Source: Patescibacteria group bacterium
GTDB lineage: Bacteria > Patescibacteriota > Patescibacteriia > PEXW01
Direction of reading: 5' to 3'
DNA: 55,196 bases
Assembly (NCBI GenBank): GCA_038063455.1
Contig: JBBTVB010000006.1
Span: forward strand, 105,234 to 160,429
The notes under the pieces: generated by a model
What the model saw: only the letters and a program-made list of their open reading frames with translations
Database searches by the model: none
Told to the model about the DNA's origin: nothing
Shown here: piece after piece, positions 20,041-29,179 of the stretch
Layout of the letters: each line of letters opens with the position of its first letter
How positions within the stretch are numbered: position 1 is the first letter of the stretch
Made by a program: the position numbers and the translations under genes

Positions 20041-20206
20041 AAAAGTATCCAGATTACCTTTTTGGGGGTGGAGCGGGATGAACATAGGCAACTATTGTAG
20101 CACACCTAATAGCGTGAAGGCTTGCCAAAATGGAAGAAAAAATGTAGGGTAAACTGCTTAAAACCAAAAACAATCTTTGACAACTAACCAACCATAAGGA
20201 GACTAC

Positions 20207-21190
20207 GTGAAACAGAATCTCTGGATTGTAGCCATCTTGGCATGCCTGCCAATGCTGGCGCATGCACAGACACCCGAAACACCTGTGAGTACAAAAAAAC
20301 TCACTATTTCTGGCTTTCCACCTGACACTGCCCAAGCAAAAGCGTTCGAGATATTTTCGCAACACAATGCGGAGATCACGGCCTTTGCCAAAGAGCTCAA
20401 GGAAAACCCCAACATCAAGGCTGTTATCACCGGCTTTGCAGACGCCCTGCCCTACCGACAAAGTCACGATGCCAAGAACACCGCGATTGCCCTTGCCCGA
20501 GCGGAAGCACTCCAAGCATACTTGCTGGAATACCATGGTATTCCGCGCGAACGTTCGTCTACCGAAGTGCGCATTAACGAAGGCGTCGTGGGTGCTGCGT
20601 ATCGCATGGTGACACTGCACTTCGTTGCATTTGCTGTACCACAACCGGCTCCGCCACCTACGCAACCACCTGCACCACCACGCGTAGATACAGTTGTGTC
20701 AATTGTTCGCACTAGCAACGCAGCACACATTGGCCTTCACCTAGGTGCTGGTTTACGCAGTACGGCATTTGGGATACTACCTATCCTGACACCGGCGGTA
20801 TCGTACAAACAGTGCTTCTCTATTGAAGCGCAGTTTGGCTACCAACTTGCCGATGACACGTGGGATACATTTTCCACGCGCGGACGAACGGCAAGTGGCC
20901 ACCTGGCTTGGAATATTTTTGGGCATACCGATGCTCCCTGGCTTGCGCTTGTTGCAGGGTACGTGCGGACCGAACGCGTGAACACTGCAACCGGTATGCG
21001 ATTAGAAAAACGCGAAGGGCCAGAATTCGGCTTGCGCGGCACCATACCGTTGTCCGCTTACTGGAACGTGAGCGCACAAGCAAACTGGATGTTTGGTACC
21101 TACGATAGGTACGCACAAGAAAATGTAACCACCACAAATGATGTGCGCGTACTTGCGCTTATCACCTACAACTTTGGAGGTAGCAATTGA
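20207..21190 (+). CDS. OmpA-family domain protein with a putative C-terminal 8-strand beta-barrel (reversed domain order)
   Basis: Signal peptide MKQNLWIVAILACLPMLAHAQ. OmpA_C-like IKAVITGFADALPY...NTAIALARAEALQAYLLEYHGIPRERS...AYRMVTLHFV. Pro-rich hinge PQPAPPPTQPPAPP. About 170 aa of alternating amphipathic segments follow, ending VRVLALITYNFGGSN. Confidence 0.65.
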   Translation: MKQNLWIVAILACLPMLAHAQTPETPVSTKKLTISGFPPDTAQAKAFEIFSQHNAEITAFAKELKENPNIKAVITGFADALPYRQSHDAKNTAIALARAEALQAYLLEYHGIPRERSSTEVRINEGVVGAAYRMVTLHFVAFAVPQPAPPPTQPPAPPRVDTVVSIVRTSNAAHIGLHLGAGLRSTAFGILPILTPAVSYKQCFSIEAQFGYQLADDTWDTFSTRGRTASGHLAWNIFGHTDAPWLALVAGYVRTERVNTATGMRLEKREGPEFGLRGTIPLSAYWNVSAQANWMFGTYDRYAQENVTTTNDVRVLALITYNFGGSN

Positions 21191-22560
21191 AACATACAAT
21201 TGTAACGATAGTACTTGCGCTGATGCTGTTGCTAGGCTGCGCAGAAAAACAGCAAAGCCCAATTGCGCCAGAACCCGGCGAACCATTAACGGTGCAAGCG
21301 TTTGCTGGCTCGAACCAATTCCTGTTTGGCCAGTCGACAAACCTGAGTGCCGTGCCCCAAGGTGGAGTGCGGCCCTACACGTATGCGTGGCGGCCAATGG
21401 ACGAAGGCACAGATCCCACGACAGACGTCGTCCGGTTTAGCCCGAACGGCCCGGGCACCTTTGTTTTCTGGGTTACGGTAACAGATAGTATTGGGAACAC
21501 TGCCACTGACAGTGTCTCGTTACTTGTATACACTACCCCGCCCGAAAATCAGGCGCCCGAGTTGTTTGTCCATGTCTCGCCAACCTATGGCCTGGCCGGA
21601 AAAACCACGGTGTACCTAAGCACCAATGGCTCGTACGACCCCGAAGGTGGCCGACTGGCACATTTGATTGCTTGGGGTGATGGTACAACGATCACCAGCG
21701 CGATAGGCACGCACGTCTACGCGCAGGTTGGTTTGTATCGCATTACCATTGCCGCTACTGATACTGCTGGGGTAACCACGGCAACCGATAGGTACGTACA
21801 AATTGGTACAGAACCTAACTCCCCGCCGGTTGCAGTGCTAACTGCCACCCCCGCACAAGCATTGCTGCGGCAAACCGTGGAGTTCAATGCCGAGCAATCG
21901 TCCGACCCAGAAACTCCCCCGGGCCAATTGCTACCACCATACACGTGGGACTTCGGGGATGGTACAACGCTAACTACTGAGACACCACTGACACAACATG
22001 CCTACACCATGCCGGGCGCGTACCTGGTACAGCTCACTGTAACCGATGATAAAGGTGCGTTTGGCACCGACTACGCACTGATTACGATTTCTGGTGCAGC
22101 GGATAGTAGCTACTGCTGGGATGACACGGCAAAACTCACTGTCCACAACAATGCGAAACGCAGAACTGGACTGTTAGAGAATCCCAGTGGAACCTTCTAC
22201 CTGGTTTTAACCTTGAGATACCGCTACGACCCGATTGTTGGCTTTAGCCTTATTTACGCCAATGGGGTGCAAGTGGTATACGCAATTACGGATCCGGATC
22301 CGACACGGAAAGAGACAGAGACGTATCGCATCCTCATCCCGGTAGCGATGTACATGGAAACTAACATGCAGATTGCCCTAACCTACCAGAGCGCATACTC
22401 TGAAGCTATTGTAACGCTGCAACTTATTGAGGGCTGCACGGAGTGGCCAACAAACATGCCACCACCCGATAGCCTAAAAACGCAACGGTCAATTGAAAAT
22501 TTGGCCAGCGAACAAAACGTGCTCATTGCCACACAGACCGAAATTATTCACCCAAAATAA
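21187..22560 (+). CDS. PKD-repeat lipoprotein
   Basis: Lipobox LLLGC. Three PKD-like repeats, including YTWDFGDGTT...YLVQLTVTDDKGAFGTD and IAWGDGTT...YRITIAATDTAGV. The TTG start overlaps the upstream TGA (TTGA). Confidence 0.8.
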   Translation: MKHTIVTIVLALMLLLGCAEKQQSPIAPEPGEPLTVQAFAGSNQFLFGQSTNLSAVPQGGVRPYTYAWRPMDEGTDPTTDVVRFSPNGPGTFVFWVTVTDSIGNTATDSVSLLVYTTPPENQAPELFVHVSPTYGLAGKTTVYLSTNGSYDPEGGRLAHLIAWGDGTTITSAIGTHVYAQVGLYRITIAATDTAGVTTATDRYVQIGTEPNSPPVAVLTATPAQALLRQTVEFNAEQSSDPETPPGQLLPPYTWDFGDGTTLTTETPLTQHAYTMPGAYLVQLTVTDDKGAFGTDYALITISGAADSSYCWDDTAKLTVHNNAKRRTGLLENPSGTFYLVLTLRYRYDPIVGFSLIYANGVQVVYAITDPDPTRKETETYRILIPVAMYMETNMQIALTYQSAYSEAIVTLQLIEGCTEWPTNMPPPDSLKTQRSIENLASEQNVLIATQTEIIHPK

Positions 22561-22573
22561 CACACCTTCAACC

Positions 22574-22605
22574 CACCCTGTTCGAAATTCGAGCAGGGTG
22601 TTTTT
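22574..22605 (+). terminator. intrinsic terminator
   Basis: caccctgttcga / tcgagcagggtg (one mismatch) followed by T5. Confidence 0.7.
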
Positions 22606-22707
22606 ATATTGTCATTCCGACGACCAGCCGGAGGAGGAATCTTGCATGCTCTTCATTACAAAAAAATTCAAGATTTCTCTTCGAGTACGACTCGAAATGA
22701 CAAGGGT

Positions 22708-23532
22708 TTACCGCCGATTCTTAAGAATCCACTCGATGGCTTCGGCTACGCCATCTTGATCACAGGAAGCTACCACAAAGTCGGCAGCACGCTCGACTTC
22801 GGCCGGCGCATTTTTTACGGCGAACGAAACACCAGCCGTCTTAAGCATGGGCACGTCGTTGTACCCGTCGCCAATGGCAGCGGTTTGCGCCAGGTCCAGC
22901 TTGTAATGGTCTGCCAAGTACTTCAAGGCAAAACCTTTGCTCACGTGGGGATGCAAAAATTCCAAAAGATTGACGCGCGAGCGGGTAATGTACAGGCTCT
23001 TGCCCCACTCCCGTTTGGCCAACTTCTCCAGGTGGATAATTTTTTCCGGCCCGGCCACAAACTGGATTTTAATGGGCGGGTGGGTAAATGGGTAGCTGAG
23101 TAAGTTGACTAAACTAATTTGCGGTACTTGTTCAATGCGGTCTAAATACTCTTTGCCAAACCGGTCCAGCGGCCGCTGGAAGTACACCGTGTCATGGTCC
23201 AGCGCGTAGACGCAGAGCTGGACTTTGTGCTTGAGGCCAAAACGAATAACCTCAAGAAAATTTTGGGGCGGCAGCGTGCGCGAGGTCAGCACTTTGGTCT
23301 TGCCGCGTAGTAACGCACCTTGGAAGCAGCCAAAGGTGTGGGTTATTCCTAACTTTTTTGCAAAAGGCAGGGTGGTAGAAAATGTCCGCCCGGTGAGGAG
23401 CGTTACAATAATGCCGCTGCGGATGGCGCGTCGAATCGCCCGGCGGTTGCGGTTGGAGACGCGCAAATCCTGGCCGATAAGCGTGTCGTCCAAATCAATT
23501 GCCAGGAGTTTTACCTTGGGCCGGCCGGTCAC
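22708..23532 (-). CDS. Cof-type HAD-IIB phosphatase
   Basis: LLAIDLDDTLI (motif I) and GDGYNDVPMLKTAGVSFAVKNA (motif IV). Confidence 0.85.
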   Translation of the reverse strand: MTGRPKVKLLAIDLDDTLIGQDLRVSNRNRRAIRRAIRSGIIVTLLTGRTFSTTLPFAKKLGITHTFGCFQGALLRGKTKVLTSRTLPPQNFLEVIRFGLKHKVQLCVYALDHDTVYFQRPLDRFGKEYLDRIEQVPQISLVNLLSYPFTHPPIKIQFVAGPEKIIHLEKLAKREWGKSLYITRSRVNLLEFLHPHVSKGFALKYLADHYKLDLAQTAAIGDGYNDVPMLKTAGVSFAVKNAPAEVERAADFVVASCDQDGVAEAIEWILKNRR

Positions 23533-24758
23533 TGGACGGTAAGCGTACGGTCGCTGGGCAGCACTTCGATCCAGGTGTTGCCGGGCAGGAAGTGCACCGG
23601 CGTGCCGTCGGCATGGGTAAAGACGGTGCGGCTATTCTTCTCTTTCTTGGTCCAGGTGACGTCACGCACTGTGCCCTGCTGGAAAAGTTTTGCCGAGCCT
23701 GTGCCCGTCACGGTCATGGTCAAACGGCCTTTCTCACCAACGCCAATGCTGCTGGAAATGCGCTGGACGACCAGGTTCGTAACTCCGATCTGCGCGTTGG
23801 TAAGGCGGTCTTTGTGCGCCTGCCCAGCCTGGCTGCGCAGCCATTGCAATTTCGCTGCGTCGTATGCGTAGGTTACTTGCGTGGACTTCGACTTGCCCGA
23901 AAAAAACATATCCACGGTCTTCGCGGTTATGCCGCCAGGGGCCAGGGTTGCGCTAAACAACCAGGGCGTAATGTCAGCGTCGGTATATTTGAGTTTGCTG
24001 GCTTGAGTTATGCCGTAGAGGGCCTGCTGGCTGGTGTACAAATTATGCGGCGCGGGCCGGGTTTTGTCACGACGGAAAGCCCCGGCCGCATTGCCAATGC
24101 CGTTAATATCGTGCACGCGGTTTTTCTGGATATCACCCAGCGCTTCGGGCGAACCACCGGCGTGAGCATAGGCGGCATCGTACTCCGTCAACCACTGCAA
24201 GAAGTACGGTCGTGCTGAACGCACTGGGCCAATTTGCTTCACCTCACCACTATCAAATACCGCCATAAAGCGGGTGATGCCGCCTTCAACCAATGCTTCA
24301 TAGACGACGGCTGCAGCCTGCAGCCCCGACTGTGGGCGCGCCGCGCTGTGGTTGTCGATCATGGTGGCAACCGGGTAGTAGTGTCCGTACGCGTAGCGAT
24401 TCCCACCGGCCAGGTCAGGGGCAAATTCCACATTGGTATTCACGTTACTATAGGCAGGCACATTCGTTACTGCTACATCGTCAGCTTCTGGGGTATCCAT
24501 AGCCAGCACAATACCAATCACAATGACGAGCACGGCCACCCCACCACCTAGCAGGTAGGGCCAGCGTAAGAATTGGTGCCAATCAAAAGCTTTCGCCAAT
24601 GGGGCGGGTTTGGGCGTGGCTGACTTGGCCGCACTTTCCACGGCTTTCACTTTTACCGGGATGCTGGTTTTAGCGACTGGCTTTGCTTCCGCTTTTACCG
24701 CCGGCTTTGGCTCGTCTGGTTGGGTTAGGCTCTTGGGGGCAGGTGCTTTTTTTGCCAT
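23529..24758 (-). CDS. DUF3048 domain protein, membrane-anchored
   Basis: RPQSGLQAAAVVYEALVEGGITRFMAVF...GPVRSARPYFLQW is the DUF3048 signature. It has an N-terminal TM and a charged K/A/P-rich head. Confidence 0.8.
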   Translation of the reverse strand: MAKKAPAPKSLTQPDEPKPAVKAEAKPVAKTSIPVKVKAVESAAKSATPKPAPLAKAFDWHQFLRWPYLLGGGVAVLVIVIGIVLAMDTPEADDVAVTNVPAYSNVNTNVEFAPDLAGGNRYAYGHYYPVATMIDNHSAARPQSGLQAAAVVYEALVEGGITRFMAVFDSGEVKQIGPVRSARPYFLQWLTEYDAAYAHAGGSPEALGDIQKNRVHDINGIGNAAGAFRRDKTRPAPHNLYTSQQALYGITQASKLKYTDADITPWLFSATLAPGGITAKTVDMFFSGKSKSTQVTYAYDAAKLQWLRSQAGQAHKDRLTNAQIGVTNLVVQRISSSIGVGEKGRLTMTVTGTGSAKLFQQGTVRDVTWTKKEKNSRTVFTHADGTPVHFLPGNTWIEVLPSDRTLTVQ

Positions 24759-24782
24759 AGGTTTGTTAGGCGAACGAAGGGT

Positions 24783-25862
24783 TTAATAGGAGACGTTTTT
24801 TTCTGGAACATCAACCACCTGCACCCAGGTCTGACCCCGGTTGAGTTTGAATGGGCTGCCCGCACTGTCCAGCAATTGCAAACGGCTGGCAGTCCCCTCT
24901 TTTTTCCAGGTGCCAACGAGTACTTGGCCATCTTGAAAGAGTACAAGTTTGCCATCGCCCACAACTTTTATATTGCGGCGCAACGCGTCGAAGAGTGTTG
25001 AGGTCGTAAAAAGTATAGTAACATTCTTTGGTGCAATCCGCGCGCCGCCATCTTTGTCTAGTGCTGGGGCCCCAGCTTGGCTGCGTAGGTACGCATTGGT
25101 TTTTGCATCGTACGTGTAGGTTACCTTATACGACGGCGTAGAGTAATCGATGGTAATCGGCTTGAGGCTCGGCGTAGCAGCGGGGGCATCGGCTTTAAAA
25201 ATCCAACCCTCGTAGTCACCGGTTGGCTTGATTTTGAGCGACGCGCGGCCAAGCTCCAGCAGGCGCAGGTCGGTAAATAAGGTGTGTTCTAGTGGGCGGC
25301 CAGTGTTTTTGAGGCGGATAAAATTATACGGCTTGCTGAACTGATCAAAGTCCACAATGCCAGACTTCTGGATTTCCGTCTTGGCCTGCGGCGAGGTACC
25401 GGCATGCACGAAAAGCCCGCCGTACTCCCGCGCGAGCTGCACGAAGTAGGGTCGTGCAGAACGGACCGGGCCAATCTGGAAGGTTCCCGGCGTGGCAAAA
25501 ACTGCCAAGAAACGAGTGATGCCGCCTTCAGCCAAGGCCTCGTAGACGACGCCGGCTTTGCTTAAGCCACTTTGCGGCCGGACCGATGAGTGGTTCTCGA
25601 CAATAACCGCATACGGATTAAGATTTGCTGCGCTGGCAGGCGAAGTGACGCCATCCAACCGTCGAGCCAGGGTTTCTGACGCCTGCGCACTGTTCGTGTT
25701 GACCTGGTCTTGGGTTGCTGGGTTGTTCCCTCGAAAAACCACGTAGCTGCCGGCACCAATCAGCACCAACGCCAAAACGATACCGCCCGCAATCCAGGGC
25801 CAGCGCAACTTGCGCTTGCCAAAGGTGTAATCGTTCGGGCGGTCCGTGAGCTTGTCCCCCAT
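24783..25862 (-). CDS. DUF3048 domain protein (tandem paralog)
   Basis: RPQSGLSKAGVVYEALAEGGITRFLAVF...GPVRSARPYFVQL, with an N-terminal TM. Confidence 0.8.
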   Translation of the reverse strand: MGDKLTDRPNDYTFGKRKLRWPWIAGGIVLALVLIGAGSYVVFRGNNPATQDQVNTNSAQASETLARRLDGVTSPASAANLNPYAVIVENHSSVRPQSGLSKAGVVYEALAEGGITRFLAVFATPGTFQIGPVRSARPYFVQLAREYGGLFVHAGTSPQAKTEIQKSGIVDFDQFSKPYNFIRLKNTGRPLEHTLFTDLRLLELGRASLKIKPTGDYEGWIFKADAPAATPSLKPITIDYSTPSYKVTYTYDAKTNAYLRSQAGAPALDKDGGARIAPKNVTILFTTSTLFDALRRNIKVVGDGKLVLFQDGQVLVGTWKKEGTASRLQLLDSAGSPFKLNRGQTWVQVVDVPEKNVSY

Positions 25863-25873
25863 GCTCGTGGCGC

Positions 25874-26590
25874 TTAGCCTTTCTTCTCCTTCTCTTTCTC
25901 TTTCTCTTTGGCGGCACCAGGCGCTTCGGCTTCGGCGTCCTCGTCCGGCTTCTTCTCCTTTTCTACTTTGCCAACAGCATCTACATTCACTTCAACCTTG
26001 TCGTCCAACGCCTTCAACTCCTCTTCGCTGCGGGGCGGCTCAACGACCGCCACCACGTCTTCGGGCTTGGCCAGCACTTCCACCCCAGCAGGAATGGTCA
26101 GGTCGGCAACGGTGATGCGGGATTCAAAATTTTCCAGCGCGGCAATATCCACTTGAATATCGTGCGGCAAATCTGCGGGCAAACAACGGATCGGTAAGTT
26201 GGCCAGATTCTTGACTAAAATACCGCCCAAGGCTTTCACTGCGGCGGACTCGCCGACGTACACCACGGGCACGTCATTGCTGATTTTCTCGTCCATGCGC
26301 ACCTGGTACAAGTCCACGTGCAAGATATCGCCCGAGAGCGGGTGGCGGTCCACATCTTGAATCAGGGCCTTCACGGCATTCTTGCCGTCAACGACAACAT
26401 CGATAAGGGTGGACTCGCCCGCTTGCTGGTAGGTTTTCTCAAAAACTCCCTTGGGCAAAGCCAGGGTGAGGTTGGTGATGCCGTGGCCGTAGAGGATGCA
26501 CGGAATCTGACCCGTAGCGCGAAGTTTCTCGCGTTCGGTCTTACTGGTGGCGCGGCTGGTGGCCTGGAGTTGTAGCCTCGTTATTGTCAT
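25874..26590 (-). CDS. rplY: 50S ribosomal protein L25/Ctc with a KE-rich tail
   Basis: MTITRLQLQATSRATSKTEREKLRATGQIPCILYGHG. The tail ends KEKEKEKEKKG. The start at 26590 fits the promoter at 26639..26667. The track's longer N-terminus is rejected. Confidence 0.9.
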   Translation of the reverse strand: MTITRLQLQATSRATSKTEREKLRATGQIPCILYGHGITNLTLALPKGVFEKTYQQAGESTLIDVVVDGKNAVKALIQDVDRHPLSGDILHVDLYQVRMDEKISNDVPVVYVGESAAVKALGGILVKNLANLPIRCLPADLPHDIQVDIAALENFESRITVADLTIPAGVEVLAKPEDVVAVVEPPRSEEELKALDDKVEVNVDAVGKVEKEKKPDEDAEAEAPGAAKEKEKEKEKKG

Positions 26591-26638
26591 ACAGCAGAGA
26601 TGAAAGAAGGCCTGTGCGGCCGTTGGTGAATCATCGCG

Positions 26639-26667
26639 ACTATACCACTTGGCTGGAACTGGGTCAA
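26639..26667 (-). promoter_or_regulatory. sigma70-like promoter of rplY
   Basis: Minus strand reads TTGACC (26667..26662), a 17-nt spacer, then TATAGT (26644..26639). Confidence 0.55.
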
Positions 26668-26762
26668 GGTCAGATGGTGAGGAGGCTAGAGATGGGGAGC
26701 GCAACCCAATTTCCTACCCCATAAACCTACCAGCATCTATACCTCGGCCCTATGCCCCACTC

Positions 26763-27869
26763 CTACCCCAACGCCCGACGGCGCACGGCCACACTCTGCA
26801 CCAACCCGAGGGCGAGCAAACTGGCAATCACCGAACTGCCCCCCGCACTTACCAGTGGTAGCGGGATGCCGGTCACTGGCAGCAAGCCCATATTCATCCC
26901 AACATTAATAAGCACCTGCACCGCAATGCCAATGCCAACACCGGCGCAAAGAAACGCGCCAAAGTCATCGCGCGACTGCCGACCGATACGCACCGAACGC
27001 ACCAGCACCACCCCAAAGCTGCTCAGCAGCACGAGCACGCCAATAAAACCAAACTCCTCCGCCAGCACGGCAAAAATAAAGTCGGTCTGCTGCTCGGGCA
27101 AGAAGTTCAACTGGCTCTGCGTCCCTTGCCCAAAACCGCGACCGAATATTTGGCCCGAACCAACGGCAATAATCGCCTGCCGCACGTTATAACCACTGTC
27201 TTGTACATCTGCGGTGGGGTTAACCAGCACGCGAATCCGATTTTTTTGGTACTCCTGCAGCAGGAACATGTAGCTCAGCACGCTCGCCACTGCCAGCACG
27301 CTAAAGAGTATAAGCAGCTGCCGCGGCCGCACATTGGCCGTCACCAGCAAGCCCAGGTAAATGCCCGCCACTACCACAGCTGAGCCCAGGTCGGGTTGTC
27401 GCAAGATAAGCACTACCAAGCCAAGGGCAAAAGCGCCGCTAATGGCCAGGTGCCGCCACTGGTCAAAGGCGCGGGCGTACCGGGCCAGGTACGCGCTGAA
27501 TGCAATAACCCACAACACTTTTGCCAGCTCTACGGGTTGAAAACTAATACCCCCGAAGACAAACCAGCCGGTGGTGCTGTTAATGGTCGTGCCAAAAAAA
27601 AGTACAGTCAACAACAGTAACGCGGCAATTACATAAGACAGTGTGCTAAAGCCGCGCAGCGTTCGGTAGTCCACCACCACCGCCAGCAAGTATGCGGCAA
27701 TGCCCAGGCCGGCAAACAGCAACTGCCGGTTAAACGTGCTCCAGTCAGGTTGGCTTTTCGCCACGGTCACGCTGGCCAACGCCACCAAACCAAAAATCAG
27801 CAGGATGGCGGTGGCAACAACTTGCAGCCAATCTGCCTGGCGAAACGCTCGCAGGGAAACGCGGGCCAT
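26763..27869 (-). CDS. SEDS-family peptidoglycan polymerase (FtsW/RodA)
   Basis: GSGQIFGRGFGQGTQSQLNFLPEQQTDFIFAVLAEEFGFIG...GLLPVTGIPLPLVSAGGSS. Confidence 0.9.
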   Translation of the reverse strand: MARVSLRAFRQADWLQVVATAILLIFGLVALASVTVAKSQPDWSTFNRQLLFAGLGIAAYLLAVVVDYRTLRGFSTLSYVIAALLLLTVLFFGTTINSTTGWFVFGGISFQPVELAKVLWVIAFSAYLARYARAFDQWRHLAISGAFALGLVVLILRQPDLGSAVVVAGIYLGLLVTANVRPRQLLILFSVLAVASVLSYMFLLQEYQKNRIRVLVNPTADVQDSGYNVRQAIIAVGSGQIFGRGFGQGTQSQLNFLPEQQTDFIFAVLAEEFGFIGVLVLLSSFGVVLVRSVRIGRQSRDDFGAFLCAGVGIGIAVQVLINVGMNMGLLPVTGIPLPLVSAGGSSVIASLLALGLVQSVAVRRRALG

Positions 27870-27870
27870 G

Positions 27871-28704
27871 CTACTTCTGGACGACGCCGGGATGCACTTC
27901 CGGTATGGCGAGCACCTCGCTCACATCGCCAATAACCGTATCCCACTCCACGGAAAAGGGCGTGGTGGATTCGGCAGGCACGGTAGACAGGATCGCGCTG
28001 CGAACGCCCACGGTTGCCCCGTTGCGCAGCAACACCACCCCCACCCGCAAACCGGCAAGTGTAGCGAAACTTGGGTTAACCACATTGCCGCTTACCTGGG
28101 TGACAACCCGTTGCGTGCCATCGCCAGCAACGAGCACCCGCTGGCTCTGCACAGCATTGGTAATAGTTACGTTCGGGATAGCCGCCACCGCACTGGCCAC
28201 TAAACGCTCCCACGCTATGCTCGAGATTGCCGCGCTCGCTTGGGGCGTCCCGCTCTCTGGCGCAGCAACGTCGAGCGCCATAGCATAGCGCGTGCTCTTC
28301 GGCGGGATACTAACACGCACCGGTGGTAACGCTTTTGCGCCGCCGCTAAATTGCACAGTGGCGGTAGCCAGCCAGCCAGCATTTGGATTTTCGAGTTTCA
28401 TCGAAAAGTCGTAGCGCCCTAAGCCGTGTGGTGTGGTCGCTGCACTCGACTCAATAAGCGCTGCTGGCGTCACAGACGCCTGCGCTGTACCAATATCCTG
28501 GGTGACTGCCACAATCCTGCCGACTGCATTACCTGGATCCCGGAAGCGGAGTAATAAAAGTAGCCCCTGGGTAATAACCGCGGTGAGGATAAAGAGATCT
28601 GCAGCAATAAGCACGAGCACCCACCAGCGTCGCAGCTGCTGGCGGTTGGTCAGGAACCAATAATTAAGCTTAAGGCCAAGGTCGGAAACTTGCTGGTCGG
28701 GCAT
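27871..28704 (-). CDS. membrane-anchored hypothetical protein
   Basis: I chose the ATG at 28704 (MPDQQVSDLGLKLNYWF..., followed by a TM). The track's 63-aa N-terminal extension would overlap the divergent gene. Confidence 0.55.
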   Translation of the reverse strand: MPDQQVSDLGLKLNYWFLTNRQQLRRWWVLVLIAADLFILTAVITQGLLLLLRFRDPGNAVGRIVAVTQDIGTAQASVTPAALIESSAATTPHGLGRYDFSMKLENPNAGWLATATVQFSGGAKALPPVRVSIPPKSTRYAMALDVAAPESGTPQASAAISSIAWERLVASAVAAIPNVTITNAVQSQRVLVAGDGTQRVVTQVSGNVVNPSFATLAGLRVGVVLLRNGATVGVRSAILSTVPAESTTPFSVEWDTVIGDVSEVLAIPEVHPGVVQK

Positions 28705-28725
28705 GGACACAGTATACTCTGTCGT

Positions 28726-29043
28726 ATGGAAACCCGCGACATTCTCAACATTGTCATCGCCATCGTCTTGCTGGGCGTGGGCGGTTTTATGGTCTGGCTG
28801 CTCTTCTACCTGGTGCAGATTGTAAAGGAAATTTACAAAGCCATTGAGGAATTTCGGAGCATGGTGGATAGCGTCAAAACCCGCATCGACCATGTGGGTG
28901 AATTTTTAGATACCATCCAGAGCAAAGTTACTTCATCAGCGTCCGCCATCGCCAGCATTGTCCGGGTGGTTGGTGACGTGACCAGCATGGTAAAAAGCCG
29001 GAAGAGTAAGAAGTCAAAAGCAGCAGCGGACGACTTGGAGTAG
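28726..29043 (+). CDS. DUF948-like small membrane / coiled-coil protein
   Basis: METRDILNIVIAIVLLGVGGFMVWLLFYLVQIVKEIYKAIEEFRSMVDSVKTRIDHV... One TM followed by a helical tail, which resembles DUF948 architecture. Confidence 0.55.
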   Translation: METRDILNIVIAIVLLGVGGFMVWLLFYLVQIVKEIYKAIEEFRSMVDSVKTRIDHVGEFLDTIQSKVTSSASAIASIVRVVGDVTSMVKSRKSKKSKAAADDLE

Positions 29044-29179
29044 TTAAGAAAATAATGATTTGATAAATAAGGGTTGCAACAAGCATCCATTTTTTGTAAC
29101 CCTAGCTTCCTCCTCTCATGGCCTTCGGCCATCCCGGGGTGCTCCCAATTGGTCGCACCCGCCTGCGGCTCCTGCGAGA

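Noticed and set aside
20054-20665. 203-aa minus-strand ORF overlapping the OmpA-like gene
   Set aside because: The plus-strand frame has a signal peptide, an OmpA motif and an RBS (AAGGAG). The minus-strand frame has no features and an odd Cys/Arg-rich composition.
22606-22650. gtcattccgacgaccagccggaggaggaatc, reminiscent of dispersed 'cattccg...ggaatc' hairpin repeats seen in other genomes
   Set aside because: The stem here is only about 5 bp and there is a single copy in the window, so I cannot support it as an element.
22609-23103. 164-aa plus-strand ORF
   Set aside because: It starts in the intergenic region and runs antisense to the well-supported Cof-type HAD gene.
26591-26704. 38-aa N-terminal extension of L25
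   Set aside because: It covers the good TTGACC-17-TATAGT promoter. L25 homology begins at MTITRLQL.
28705-28893. 63-aa N-terminal extension of the 27871.. gene as given in the ORF track
   Set aside because: It would overlap the divergent DUF948-like gene. The extension is His/Asp/Gln-rich, and the internal ATG at 28704 is followed directly by the TM segment.
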